Assembly: GCA_050049995.1 (NCBI GenBank)
Contig: JASFVE010000040.1
Span: forward strand, 1 to 16,784
Reading direction: 5' to 3'
Source: Chlamydiota bacterium
GTDB taxonomy: Bacteria; Chlamydiota; Chlamydiia; Chlamydiales; SM23-39
DNA: 16,784 nt
Positions 8,106-15,831 of this stretch are shown here, one piece after another. The translations under genes and the position numbers were made by a program. Below the pieces are notes generated by a model. It did not search any database, was not told the origin of the DNA, and saw nothing but the letters and a program-made list of their open reading frames with translations. The first letter of the stretch is position 1, and every line of letters begins with the position of its first letter.

Positions 8106-9423
8106 CTTTTCTGTCATGGTTATTATGCAGTTTAATTAATTTGAGAAAAAAGCCAACATTCATTGCCGTGTGTACCCACAGATAAGTTCTAAATAGGCCT
8201 TGATTAAACTGTAAAACAATCATGGCAACAATTAGAGAAATAAAAAGGGCGGAGGCTTGCAACTTTTCCTGTTTAGAAATATCTGGAAGTGAAATAGCTT
8301 TTAAAAATAATCTAACAATGACACATCCTAATAGGCAAAACACTATCAAGCCATAAAGACCTAAGCTAGCTAATACTTCTGTTAAGACATTAGTGGGGTC
8401 ATAAATTTCTAGTTCACTTAAATTTTTAGGTAAATCGCCTTCAGGGGAAAACTGGCGATAAAGATAGGGACCTACACCACCCAATCCAACTCCAAAAAAA
8501 GGATAATCTAAAAAAACATTCCAAGAGTTAATCATACCTTGTAAACGTATAGTAAATGACCAATGGGTTAGAGCTAAACCTACGAAAAATTTAAAAAAAG
8601 TGCTTAAAAAAACTTTTGGAAAAAAAGAAGCAAAAAGAGAAAAAACAAAAATCAAAAAGCCTGATAATTTCAATAAATTTTTTCTAATAACTTTTGCATG
8701 TTCTTTTAAATCTTTTAAAAAAGAAAAACAAAAAACTATACCTAAGAAAATCAAATAGGCAAAAAAGGCTCCTGTTGAAGTAGAGACTATCAAAAGTATG
8801 TTAACAATAAAAAGTGGAACAAATTTTGAAATTTTAAAAACTTTACTTTCTCCTAAAACAAACATAGCATTGTAGAACATAACAAATAGGCACATGTAAA
8901 GGGCATAAAAAGAAGGTTCATAAGCCATAGCATGAGGCCTTGCTAACTTTCCTAAGAATTGCCTTAGAAATGGATCCATTATTCCAAATGCAGAAAATAC
9001 CAGCTGCATTACTGCATAAAACCCAATCACCTTAAATGACAACCAGTAAATATTAAAAATCTTCTGATGATCAAATCGCATTAGCATGTGAATTGGAATT
9101 AGAAAGTAACAAAAGAATTCAAATAAGTAGACCATTATGTATCCAATCGATCTTACCTTGGCAAGACTAAAGACGGAAGAAATGCAAAGTGAGCTAAGAA
9201 TGAGTAAGAAACTTATAAATATATGTTTATTAATGGAAAAAAATCTAAGTATAGGAACAGCAATCGCAATGAAAAGAAGAGCTAAGGCGTGGTTGACTTT
9301 TACTTTAAAAATGACCGCTTTTAAATGTAAAAGATCTGCAGAAAGGGTAAGAAAAAATAAAAAAATTAATAAAAAAATAGGAAGATTTCTTTTGTCAAAT
9401 CTGTAAACTTTAGGAAAATACAT
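8089..9423 (-). CDS. O-antigen ligase/polymerase (Wzy_C / WaaL superfamily) polytopic membrane protein
   Basis: About 11-12 hydrophobic segments; RPHAMAYEPS; STSTGA; R..MINSWNVFLDYPFFGVGLGG; N.LTEVLASLGLYG. Adjacent to the glycosyltransferase operon. Confidence 0.78.
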   Translation of the reverse strand: MYFPKVYRFDKRNLPIFLLIFLFFLTLSADLLHLKAVIFKVKVNHALALLFIAIAVPILRFFSINKHIFISFLLILSSLCISSVFSLAKVRSIGYIMVYLFEFFCYFLIPIHMLMRFDHQKIFNIYWLSFKVIGFYAVMQLVFSAFGIMDPFLRQFLGKLARPHAMAYEPSFYALYMCLFVMFYNAMFVLGESKVFKISKFVPLFIVNILLIVSTSTGAFFAYLIFLGIVFCFSFLKDLKEHAKVIRKNLLKLSGFLIFVFSLFASFFPKVFLSTFFKFFVGLALTHWSFTIRLQGMINSWNVFLDYPFFGVGLGGVGPYLYRQFSPEGDLPKNLSELEIYDPTNVLTEVLASLGLYGLIVFCLLGCVIVRLFLKAISLPDISKQEKLQASALFISLIVAMIVLQFNQGLFRTYLWVHTAMNVGFFLKLIKLHNNHDRKVSFVP

Positions 9424-9427
9424 GCAA

Positions 9428-9463
9428 ACATTTTTTTCTAAGTTGTCAACTTATAAAAAATGT
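9428..9463. repeat. 36-bp near-perfect inverted repeat between topA and the Wzy/WaaL-like gene
   Basis: ACATTTTTTT-C-TAAGTTG-T-CAACTTA-T-AAAAAATGT. Perfect 7-1-7 core at 9439-9453 plus complementary flanks. Confidence 0.75.
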
Positions 9464-9488
9464 AAGAAATTTTAAGAAAGAAAAAATT

Positions 9489-11993
9489 CTACTTTATATG
9501 CGGTTTAATAATTCCCGCTAATTTCATCATGTCTATAGGTTCTTTAGATCCAAAAACTTTTGCGAGTTTCTCATCAGGGACAATATTCCTCTTATTGTTA
9601 GGATCTTGGCAATTATGAGACTTAATGTATTCCCACATCTTTTTTATAACATCTCCCCTAGTTAGTTCTTTAGCTCCAACTACATCAGCAAGTTCTTTAC
9701 TTAATTGAAGGAGTTTTCCTTTTTTACCTGTAGAGGACTTACCTCTTTTAGGTTTTTTATAGGGAGTTTTAGGGTGGTCTTTATATTTGGAACTTAAATC
9801 ATGTAAATCATTTACAATCACATCACAATCAGGAAAATTTGAGCATGAATAAAAAGTTTTCCCATATCGTGATTTGCGAGAAACAATTTTCCCATCACAG
9901 CCAATTGCAGGACAGTCAGGCATGTCTTGCATGTTTTCTACTTTCTCCCCTTTTTTAGGGATATTTACAATACCTGAACAGTCTGGATAGCGGCTACAAC
10001 CTAAAAAGGGACCGAATTTTCCATGTCTTAGTTGCATGTCAGAGCCGCAGATAGGACATTTTTGATCCCAGTCAAAATCTTCGGCATAGTCTTCTTTTTT
10101 AAAATTAAGAGCTTCAATAGGGGCTGTAAAGTCACAATCAGGATAATTACTACATCCATAAAAGTATTTATTGCGTGACCAGACCTTTTGCAATTTATGA
10201 CCACATTTTGGGCAGTCGATATCTGTCATTAATTTAGGCACAGTAGCTTCTTTTTCAGCCTTTTCAACCATTGGCTCAAAATCTTTCCAAAAGTCTCTTA
10301 GCAGCTCTTTCCAGTCCTTTTCATCTTCTGCTATCATTTCTAGCTGATCTTCCATCGAAGCTGTAAAACCAACGTCCATTATCGTTTTAAAGTTTTCTTC
10401 TAGCATCTGAGCAATGACTTGCCCGAGCTCAGTTGGTTTTAAGGCTTGATTTTCTTTGACTGTATATTCCCTACTTTGAATTTTATTCATAATCGTTGCG
10501 TAGGTTGAAGGTCTACCAATACCAGATTTTTCTAATTCTTTTACTAAAGAGGCTTCTGTAAATCTTGGCGGTGGCTTCGTGTAACTTTGTTGCGTGGTTA
10601 CTTTTTCTAATTCAAGTTTCTGCCCTTCTTCTATTTCAGGAAGTGGCGCACCATCAATAATTGCTTCAGCATCGTCTTTATCGAATTTTTCTTGGTAGGC
10701 TGCTAGAAATCCTTGGAACTTTAAAATAGAGCCATTGGCTCTTAAAATAATATTATCGCAGGTAACATCGACGGAAACTGTATCATAAATAGCTGGATTC
10801 ATTTGAGATGCTACAAATCTTCTCCAAATCAGAAGATAAAGCTTATATTGATCCTCATTTAAATAAGGTTTGATAAGCTCAGGTGGGTGATCTAAGTTAG
10901 TAGGTCTGATAGCTTCGTGTGCTTCTTGAGCAGATTTTTTGCTGCTATATTGTTTGGGTTTTTCTGGTAAAAACTCTTTTCCATAAGTAGACTTAATATG
11001 CTCTCTTGCAGAAGAAATGGCTTCACCTGCTACTTGAACTGAGTCAGTTCTCATGTAAGTGATAAGACCCTCTGTTCCTTCTTTTCCCATATCAATACCT
11101 TCATAAAGGCTTTGAGCTATGCTCATGGTTCTTGCAACAGCAAAACCGTAGTGTCTTGAAGCCTCCTGCTGTAAAGTAGAGGTAATAAAGGGAGGGACAG
11201 GATTTCTTTTCTTTTCTTTTCTTTCAATCTCAGAGATAGCAAATGGATTGCTTTCCAATCGCTTTTTTAGGCCTGTAGCTGTTTTTTCATCAGGAATAAG
11301 AAAAACATTTTTTTGCTCTCCTTTTTCTTTTTCTACTTTTTTGCCATCAACATTGATAACGGTTGCTTCAAAAGATTTTTTAGTATCCTCAGGATGAAGA
11401 GTGGCTTTAACAGTCCAAAATTCAACAGGCTTAAAAGCATTAATTTCTTTTTCTCTGTCAACGACCAGTTTTAATGCAACTGACTGAACTCTTCCAGCAG
11501 ATGTTCCATTTTTACCTCTTTTAACTTTCCTAGTTAAAATAGGAGATATTTTATACCCCACCATTCTGTCTAAAAGTCGTCTTGCTTGTTGAGCATTCAC
11601 AAGATTCTGATTAATTTCTCTTGGATGCTCTAAAGCGTCTTGTACCGCTTTTTTAGTAATAGAGTGGAACACCATCCGTTTAATATTAGCATTTTTGGGT
11701 AGAATAGAAGCTATATGCCAAGCTATGGCTTCCCCTTCCCTATCGGGGTCAGGAGAGAGGTAAATCGTGTCTACTTTTTTAGCAGCATCCTTTAGCTTTT
11801 TGATGACATCTTTTTTGTCCGGCATGGTGACATAGGTCGGCTCGAAATCATGCTCAATGTCGATTCCAAAATCTTTTTGCGGAAGGTCGCGTATATGTCC
11901 TAATGAAGACTCAAATAAAAATTTAGAACCCAAAAATTTTTTCAGGGTTTTAATTTTCGTAGGAGACTCAACTATAATTAAGGCTTTTCCCAT
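9489..11993 (-). CDS. topA: DNA topoisomerase I with three C4 zinc ribbons and a C-terminal SWIB/MDM2 domain
   Basis: TOPRIM IVESPTK and DPDREGEAI; SAGRVQS; catalytic LITYMRTDS; QEAHEAIRPT; GIGRPSTYA; three CP.C...CS.Y/FPDC ribbons; SWIB LSKELADVVG..TRGDVIKKMWEYIKSHNCQDPNNKRNI.PDEKL. Confidence 0.98.
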   Translation of the reverse strand: MGKALIIVESPTKIKTLKKFLGSKFLFESSLGHIRDLPQKDFGIDIEHDFEPTYVTMPDKKDVIKKLKDAAKKVDTIYLSPDPDREGEAIAWHIASILPKNANIKRMVFHSITKKAVQDALEHPREINQNLVNAQQARRLLDRMVGYKISPILTRKVKRGKNGTSAGRVQSVALKLVVDREKEINAFKPVEFWTVKATLHPEDTKKSFEATVINVDGKKVEKEKGEQKNVFLIPDEKTATGLKKRLESNPFAISEIERKEKKRNPVPPFITSTLQQEASRHYGFAVARTMSIAQSLYEGIDMGKEGTEGLITYMRTDSVQVAGEAISSAREHIKSTYGKEFLPEKPKQYSSKKSAQEAHEAIRPTNLDHPPELIKPYLNEDQYKLYLLIWRRFVASQMNPAIYDTVSVDVTCDNIILRANGSILKFQGFLAAYQEKFDKDDAEAIIDGAPLPEIEEGQKLELEKVTTQQSYTKPPPRFTEASLVKELEKSGIGRPSTYATIMNKIQSREYTVKENQALKPTELGQVIAQMLEENFKTIMDVGFTASMEDQLEMIAEDEKDWKELLRDFWKDFEPMVEKAEKEATVPKLMTDIDCPKCGHKLQKVWSRNKYFYGCSNYPDCDFTAPIEALNFKKEDYAEDFDWDQKCPICGSDMQLRHGKFGPFLGCSRYPDCSGIVNIPKKGEKVENMQDMPDCPAIGCDGKIVSRKSRYGKTFYSCSNFPDCDVIVNDLHDLSSKYKDHPKTPYKKPKRGKSSTGKKGKLLQLSKELADVVGAKELTRGDVIKKMWEYIKSHNCQDPNNKRNIVPDEKLAKVFGSKEPIDMMKLAGIIKPHIK

Positions 11994-12051
11994 TATTTGT
12001 TTACTAACAGTTTTAGCTTGTTTGCGTCAATTTGAAGTTATAAAGCGCTTA

Positions 12052-12080
12052 ATACTAAGAAAATTATTCACTCTTGTAAA
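12052..12080 (-). promoter_or_regulatory. Candidate sigma66-type promoter for topA
   Basis: Minus strand TTTACA-N17-TAGTAT, about 60 nt upstream of the topA ATG. Confidence 0.35.
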
Positions 12081-12158
12081 GAAATTAAAGTTTTTTTCGG
12101 GTATGAGGGCGAATAAAAGGCCGGCATAATTGATCTCTTTCTTCCTCTGATAAGTTAC

Positions 12159-12551
12159 TTATGGCATGCATTTTTTTAATCCTTCTTCATTTAAACCAGT
12201 GAAAAAATCTCTTTCTTCTAGGGGTCTGGAGAATTCAAATTTTAACTGCCTGCAGTTATTTTCAGATTTTTTTGAAACTCTTTCTAAAGCCAATAAATTA
12301 CCTGCTGTTTTATGTATTTTAAATATAGTGTTTTCTTCAATTGCAGCCTCTTCATCAACTAACGGCATACATAAGAGTTCAAATAAAAGTTCTTCTTTAC
12401 CTTCAAGATGAAGGGGCCAGCAACAAGTAGATAATTCTTCTTGGTTCTCTAAAAATTTACCGAGTATATCTAAAAGTTTTTTTGCAGAGATTTCATCCCC
12501 GATAAAAGGTTCAATATAGGTAGAAAAATTTGTAGAAATTGGTTGTGTCAT
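12159..12551 (-). CDS. Hypothetical 130-aa acidic protein
   Basis: Strong AAGGAGG RBS before the ATG; fills an otherwise empty gap. No recognisable family. Confidence 0.7.
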   Translation of the reverse strand: MTQPISTNFSTYIEPFIGDEISAKKLLDILGKFLENQEELSTCCWPLHLEGKEELLFELLCMPLVDEEAAIEENTIFKIHKTAGNLLALERVSKKSENNCRQLKFEFSRPLEERDFFTGLNEEGLKKCMP

Positions 12552-12622
12552 AAAATCCTCCTTAAAAATTTTAACAAAGCGTAAGATCTTATGATTATAT
12601 ATGAATTAAGATTAAGGAATTT

Positions 12623-13465
12623 TTGAAAAATAATTTAAACAAGTTTTTGATTCTTAATCAAAGAGGATTTTTACCTCTAGATCATGAAGATCTAACATTA
12701 TTTTTAAAAAGAGTAGACACGCTTGAAGAGCTGCCTAGTTCAGAAGCTAAAGTGCCTTTTTCCTTAGAAAACCCAGTAAAATGGCATGAGTGGGACTGGG
12801 CAAAATCTACTTTGAAAGAGCTTTTTGATGTATCTCCTGATTGGGTAAGAGGTTACTATAGTAAAGAAAAATTAGCTCCTTGGCATGGGGCTATGACATG
12901 GGTTTTCAATGAATCAAAAGACTTCACTTACCTTATTCAGCTCAGACCCTCTTTGAAAAAGAAAAAGTATTTAAAAATTTATGATAAGGATGAAATTTTA
13001 ACTCACGAAGCAGTTCATGCAGTAAGAGCCGGGTTAAATAGCAGTAAGTTTGAAGAATTTTTTGCATATTGGACTGCAACCAGCTTGTTTAGAAAGGTAT
13101 TTGGTCCGTTATTTCAATCTCCTAAAGAGTCAAATATCTTTATGTTGCTGCTGTCTTTACTTTTCTTAGGGCAGTTATTGCAAAACCCATTCTTATCACT
13201 TTCTTCTTTTCTACTGCCTGTAGGATATGTAAGTTTTCTTTTATTTCGTCTTTTTTTAAGAAGAAAAAAAATAAACAAGGTATTACTGAAAATTTCTTCT
13301 CTTACTGCATCAAAAAATAAAGCAAGAGCAATATTGTTCAGATTAACTGATTTTGAAATCGAAAATTTTTCTAGGTGGTCTCATAAGAAAATTTCTTCTT
13401 TTATATCTGAAGAAGCAAAGAAAAATCTTCGCTGGGAGGTAATTAATTTGGCTTATTTTAACTAA
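12623..13465 (+). CDS. Conserved chlamydial membrane protein (CT642-like) with a HExxH motif
   Basis: TTG start with AAGGA RBS; HEAVH followed by FEE; hydrophobic hairpin at about aa 172-212. Position between topA and rpoN recalls Chlamydia synteny (from memory, unverified). Confidence 0.7.
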   Translation: MKNNLNKFLILNQRGFLPLDHEDLTLFLKRVDTLEELPSSEAKVPFSLENPVKWHEWDWAKSTLKELFDVSPDWVRGYYSKEKLAPWHGAMTWVFNESKDFTYLIQLRPSLKKKKYLKIYDKDEILTHEAVHAVRAGLNSSKFEEFFAYWTATSLFRKVFGPLFQSPKESNIFMLLLSLLFLGQLLQNPFLSLSSFLLPVGYVSFLLFRLFLRRKKINKVLLKISSLTASKNKARAILFRLTDFEIENFSRWSHKKISSFISEEAKKNLRWEVINLAYFN

Positions 13466-13567
13466 AAAAAATGTTTTTTTAAGGATGTTGTAACAAGACT
13501 TATTCTTTAAAAAAAAAACATGTTTGGATTATTAATATAACGAAAAAAAATCATTAACAAGGGTTAT

Positions 13568-14524
13568 ATGGCAAAAAAAATTACTATAGAAAATATTAAA
13601 TTTGCTGACTGTCCATCGTCTGCTAGTGAGTGTATAGAGCGTGCAAAAAAGTTATGTGTTGAGCTAGAAGATGGCAATATTTTATTTTTTCCTACCTGCC
13701 CTTTTGATTTTCCTCAACAAGACATTGATTTTTTACTAAAACAAAAACAAAACAAAGCAAAAAATCGTAAAAATATTGCTTACAAGCCCAATCATGATCG
13801 ATTGACGAATGCTGATGTGAAGACACATGAAGAAATGCAAAGGCTTATTGAGGTTATGAAAAACTTTTCTCAAAAATCATCTACTTTTTTAAGTAAGTTG
13901 CTTACACCTTATGGATCAAAGTGGATAGTTGACTATGCTAGCTTTAGACCATTTGAAGAAAAAGGAAGAAAGCTGCGAATTCGGGCGAGAAATGATCTTC
14001 TTCATACTGATGCATTCCCCTCTAGACCCATGCATGGAAATAGAATACTCAGGTTTTTTATGAACATTAATCCATCTGAGGGCAGAAAGTGGATGACCTC
14101 TCTTTCTTTTCAAGAATTAGTAGAAAAATATGGAGGCACTGAAAATTTGCCTTTTCCATCTCCTATCAATCAAAAAATGCCTGCAAGATTAGGAAAGTTT
14201 TTTAAGAAAACGGCTAAAAATATTGGATTTCCAGTTTCGCTTAGATCACCCTATGATCAATTCATGTTGAATCTCCATCACTTTCTTAAGGAAAATGAAG
14301 ATTTTCAGTCGAAGGGACCAAAAGATCATTGGGAGTTTCCTCCAGGCTCTTGCTGGGCTGTATTTACAGACTCTGTAACACACGCAGCAATGCAAGGACA
14401 ATATGCCTTAGAGCAGACTTTCATCTTGCCACGAGATGGCTTAATAAGCCCTGAAAAAGCCCCTATTTCTATACTAGAAAGAGTTGTAGGATGGACTATG
14501 ACTGACTCAAGCCTAGCTAATTAA
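13568..14524 (+). CDS. kdoO: Kdo hydroxylase family protein (Fe(II)/2-oxoglutarate dioxygenase converting Kdo to Ko)
   Basis: LEDGNILFFP, KNIAY, SFRP, LHTDAFPSRP.HG.RILRFFMNINP (HxD), RSPYDQFMLNLH..LK and FPPGSCWAVFTDSVTHAAMQGQYALEQTF (distal His) match the KdoO family. Confidence 0.88.
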   Translation: MAKKITIENIKFADCPSSASECIERAKKLCVELEDGNILFFPTCPFDFPQQDIDFLLKQKQNKAKNRKNIAYKPNHDRLTNADVKTHEEMQRLIEVMKNFSQKSSTFLSKLLTPYGSKWIVDYASFRPFEEKGRKLRIRARNDLLHTDAFPSRPMHGNRILRFFMNINPSEGRKWMTSLSFQELVEKYGGTENLPFPSPINQKMPARLGKFFKKTAKNIGFPVSLRSPYDQFMLNLHHFLKENEDFQSKGPKDHWEFPPGSCWAVFTDSVTHAAMQGQYALEQTFILPRDGLISPEKAPISILERVVGWTMTDSSLAN

Positions 14525-15737
14525 TATTTTTAGCTTTTCTCATTCTTGCTGAAGGGATTTTTAATTTTTCGCGATATTTTGTAAGTGTTCTGCGAGCTAT
14601 TTTAATCCCTTGTGCTTGCAGTTTTTTAACGATTTCAAGGTCAGAAAGAGGTCGGGCTTTATTTTCTGCATGCACAATTAATTTAAGTTGATTGAATATT
14701 TTTAAATTAGAAATTTTTTCCCCTTTTATGTTCCTCATACTTGATCTAAAAAAGATCTTTAAGGGGAAAATGCCTTTGGGCGTACTTACGTATTTATTAG
14801 AAATAATTCTATGGGCTGTGCTTAGATGGATGCCTAATTTATTAGCTATATCACCTATGCTTATGGGAGTAATGTCTTTATCCCCTTTTATAAACATATG
14901 GTTGGTTTTTAAAAGTATTTGACCGACTTTCTGTAAAAAAAATTCTCGTGTCTTTAAGTTTTTTTGAAGCCACTGCACGGATTTAATGTTTTTTTCGATC
15001 CACTTTTCAGACTCTTTATCTTTAATTTTATAGGGATTCGTAATTTTGAAGTGCATGACCTCCTTTATTTTAAGGTCTAAACCGTCTTCTTTTGCTTCAA
15101 AATAAATATCAGGATACACAAGTTTTGTGGGTTCATGATCAAATATATGAGAAGGATTTAAGGTTAGAGAGGAAATATCTCGATGAATGATCTTTAAAAG
15201 CTCAGATTTTGAAATTTTGAATGTTTTGCAAATTTTATCCCACTTTTGGTGTAAAAATAAGGGATATGTTTGGGATATAATTTGAAAAGCTAAACTTGTT
15301 TGTTTTTTTTGTATTTTAAGTTGAATTAGTAAACATTGCTGGAGGTTTTGAGCTGCAATACCTGGCGGATCAAATTCTTGAATTATCTCAAGGACTCCTA
15401 ATTCTTTCTCAGTTAAGTTGGTTTTTTGAAAAAAACCTTTTTCGTCCAAATTTCCAATAATTTCACAAGCAAGTTTAAGATCTTGATTTTGAAAATGCAA
15501 AGAAGCTTGTTTCATTAAATATTCATAGCGCGAAGGTTTTTTTGGTAAATCAATTGTTGTAATACCTTGTAAAGGTGTTCGAGAGGGATTATCTAAAAAA
15601 GGGTTCTTGTCAATCTGATCCTCTAGCCAATTTTCTAAGTCAGATAATGGCATTTGAAGGATTGATAAGCCCTGTTTTAAGCATTTTGATAGAATGATAG
15701 ATTGAGATTGAGCATGTTTTACTGAAAATTGATGCAT
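14517..15737 (-). CDS. rpoN: RNA polymerase sigma-54 factor
   Basis: Region I (LKQGLSILQMPLSDL..NPFL); IIGNLDEKGF; FDPPGIAAQNLQQCLLIQL; HTH; PLSD; RpoN box ARRTLTKYRE. GGAGG RBS upstream. Confidence 0.93.
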   Translation of the reverse strand: MHQFSVKHAQSQSIILSKCLKQGLSILQMPLSDLENWLEDQIDKNPFLDNPSRTPLQGITTIDLPKKPSRYEYLMKQASLHFQNQDLKLACEIIGNLDEKGFFQKTNLTEKELGVLEIIQEFDPPGIAAQNLQQCLLIQLKIQKKQTSLAFQIISQTYPLFLHQKWDKICKTFKISKSELLKIIHRDISSLTLNPSHIFDHEPTKLVYPDIYFEAKEDGLDLKIKEVMHFKITNPYKIKDKESEKWIEKNIKSVQWLQKNLKTREFFLQKVGQILLKTNHMFIKGDKDITPISIGDIANKLGIHLSTAHRIISNKYVSTPKGIFPLKIFFRSSMRNIKGEKISNLKIFNQLKLIVHAENKARPLSDLEIVKKLQAQGIKIARRTLTKYREKLKIPSARMRKAKNIN

Positions 15738-15831
15738 TAATCCTCCCTCCCTTCTTTTTTTGCTATAGCATATAGGTGAATTTATTCTTGAAAGTTTGCT
15801 ATGGTTTCAGAAAAAAACGTAGATAGAACAA

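Noticed and set aside
9137..9406. 89-aa Lys-rich plus-strand ORF
   Set aside because: Antisense reading of Phe/Leu-rich transmembrane codons.
9840..10220. Three repeated Cys-rich units in topA as a novel repeat
   Set aside because: These are the standard TopA C4 zinc ribbons.
11857..12129. 90-aa plus-strand ORF
   Set aside because: Overlaps the topA 5' end antisense; no RBS or family features.
12166..12411. 81-aa plus-strand ORF
   Set aside because: Antisense to the 130-aa ORF, which has the strong RBS.
13916..14113. 65-aa minus-strand ORF
   Set aside because: Shadow of kdoO.
14692..14922. 76-aa hydrophobic plus-strand ORF
   Set aside because: Shadow of rpoN; its hydrophobicity comes from antisense Lys-rich codons.
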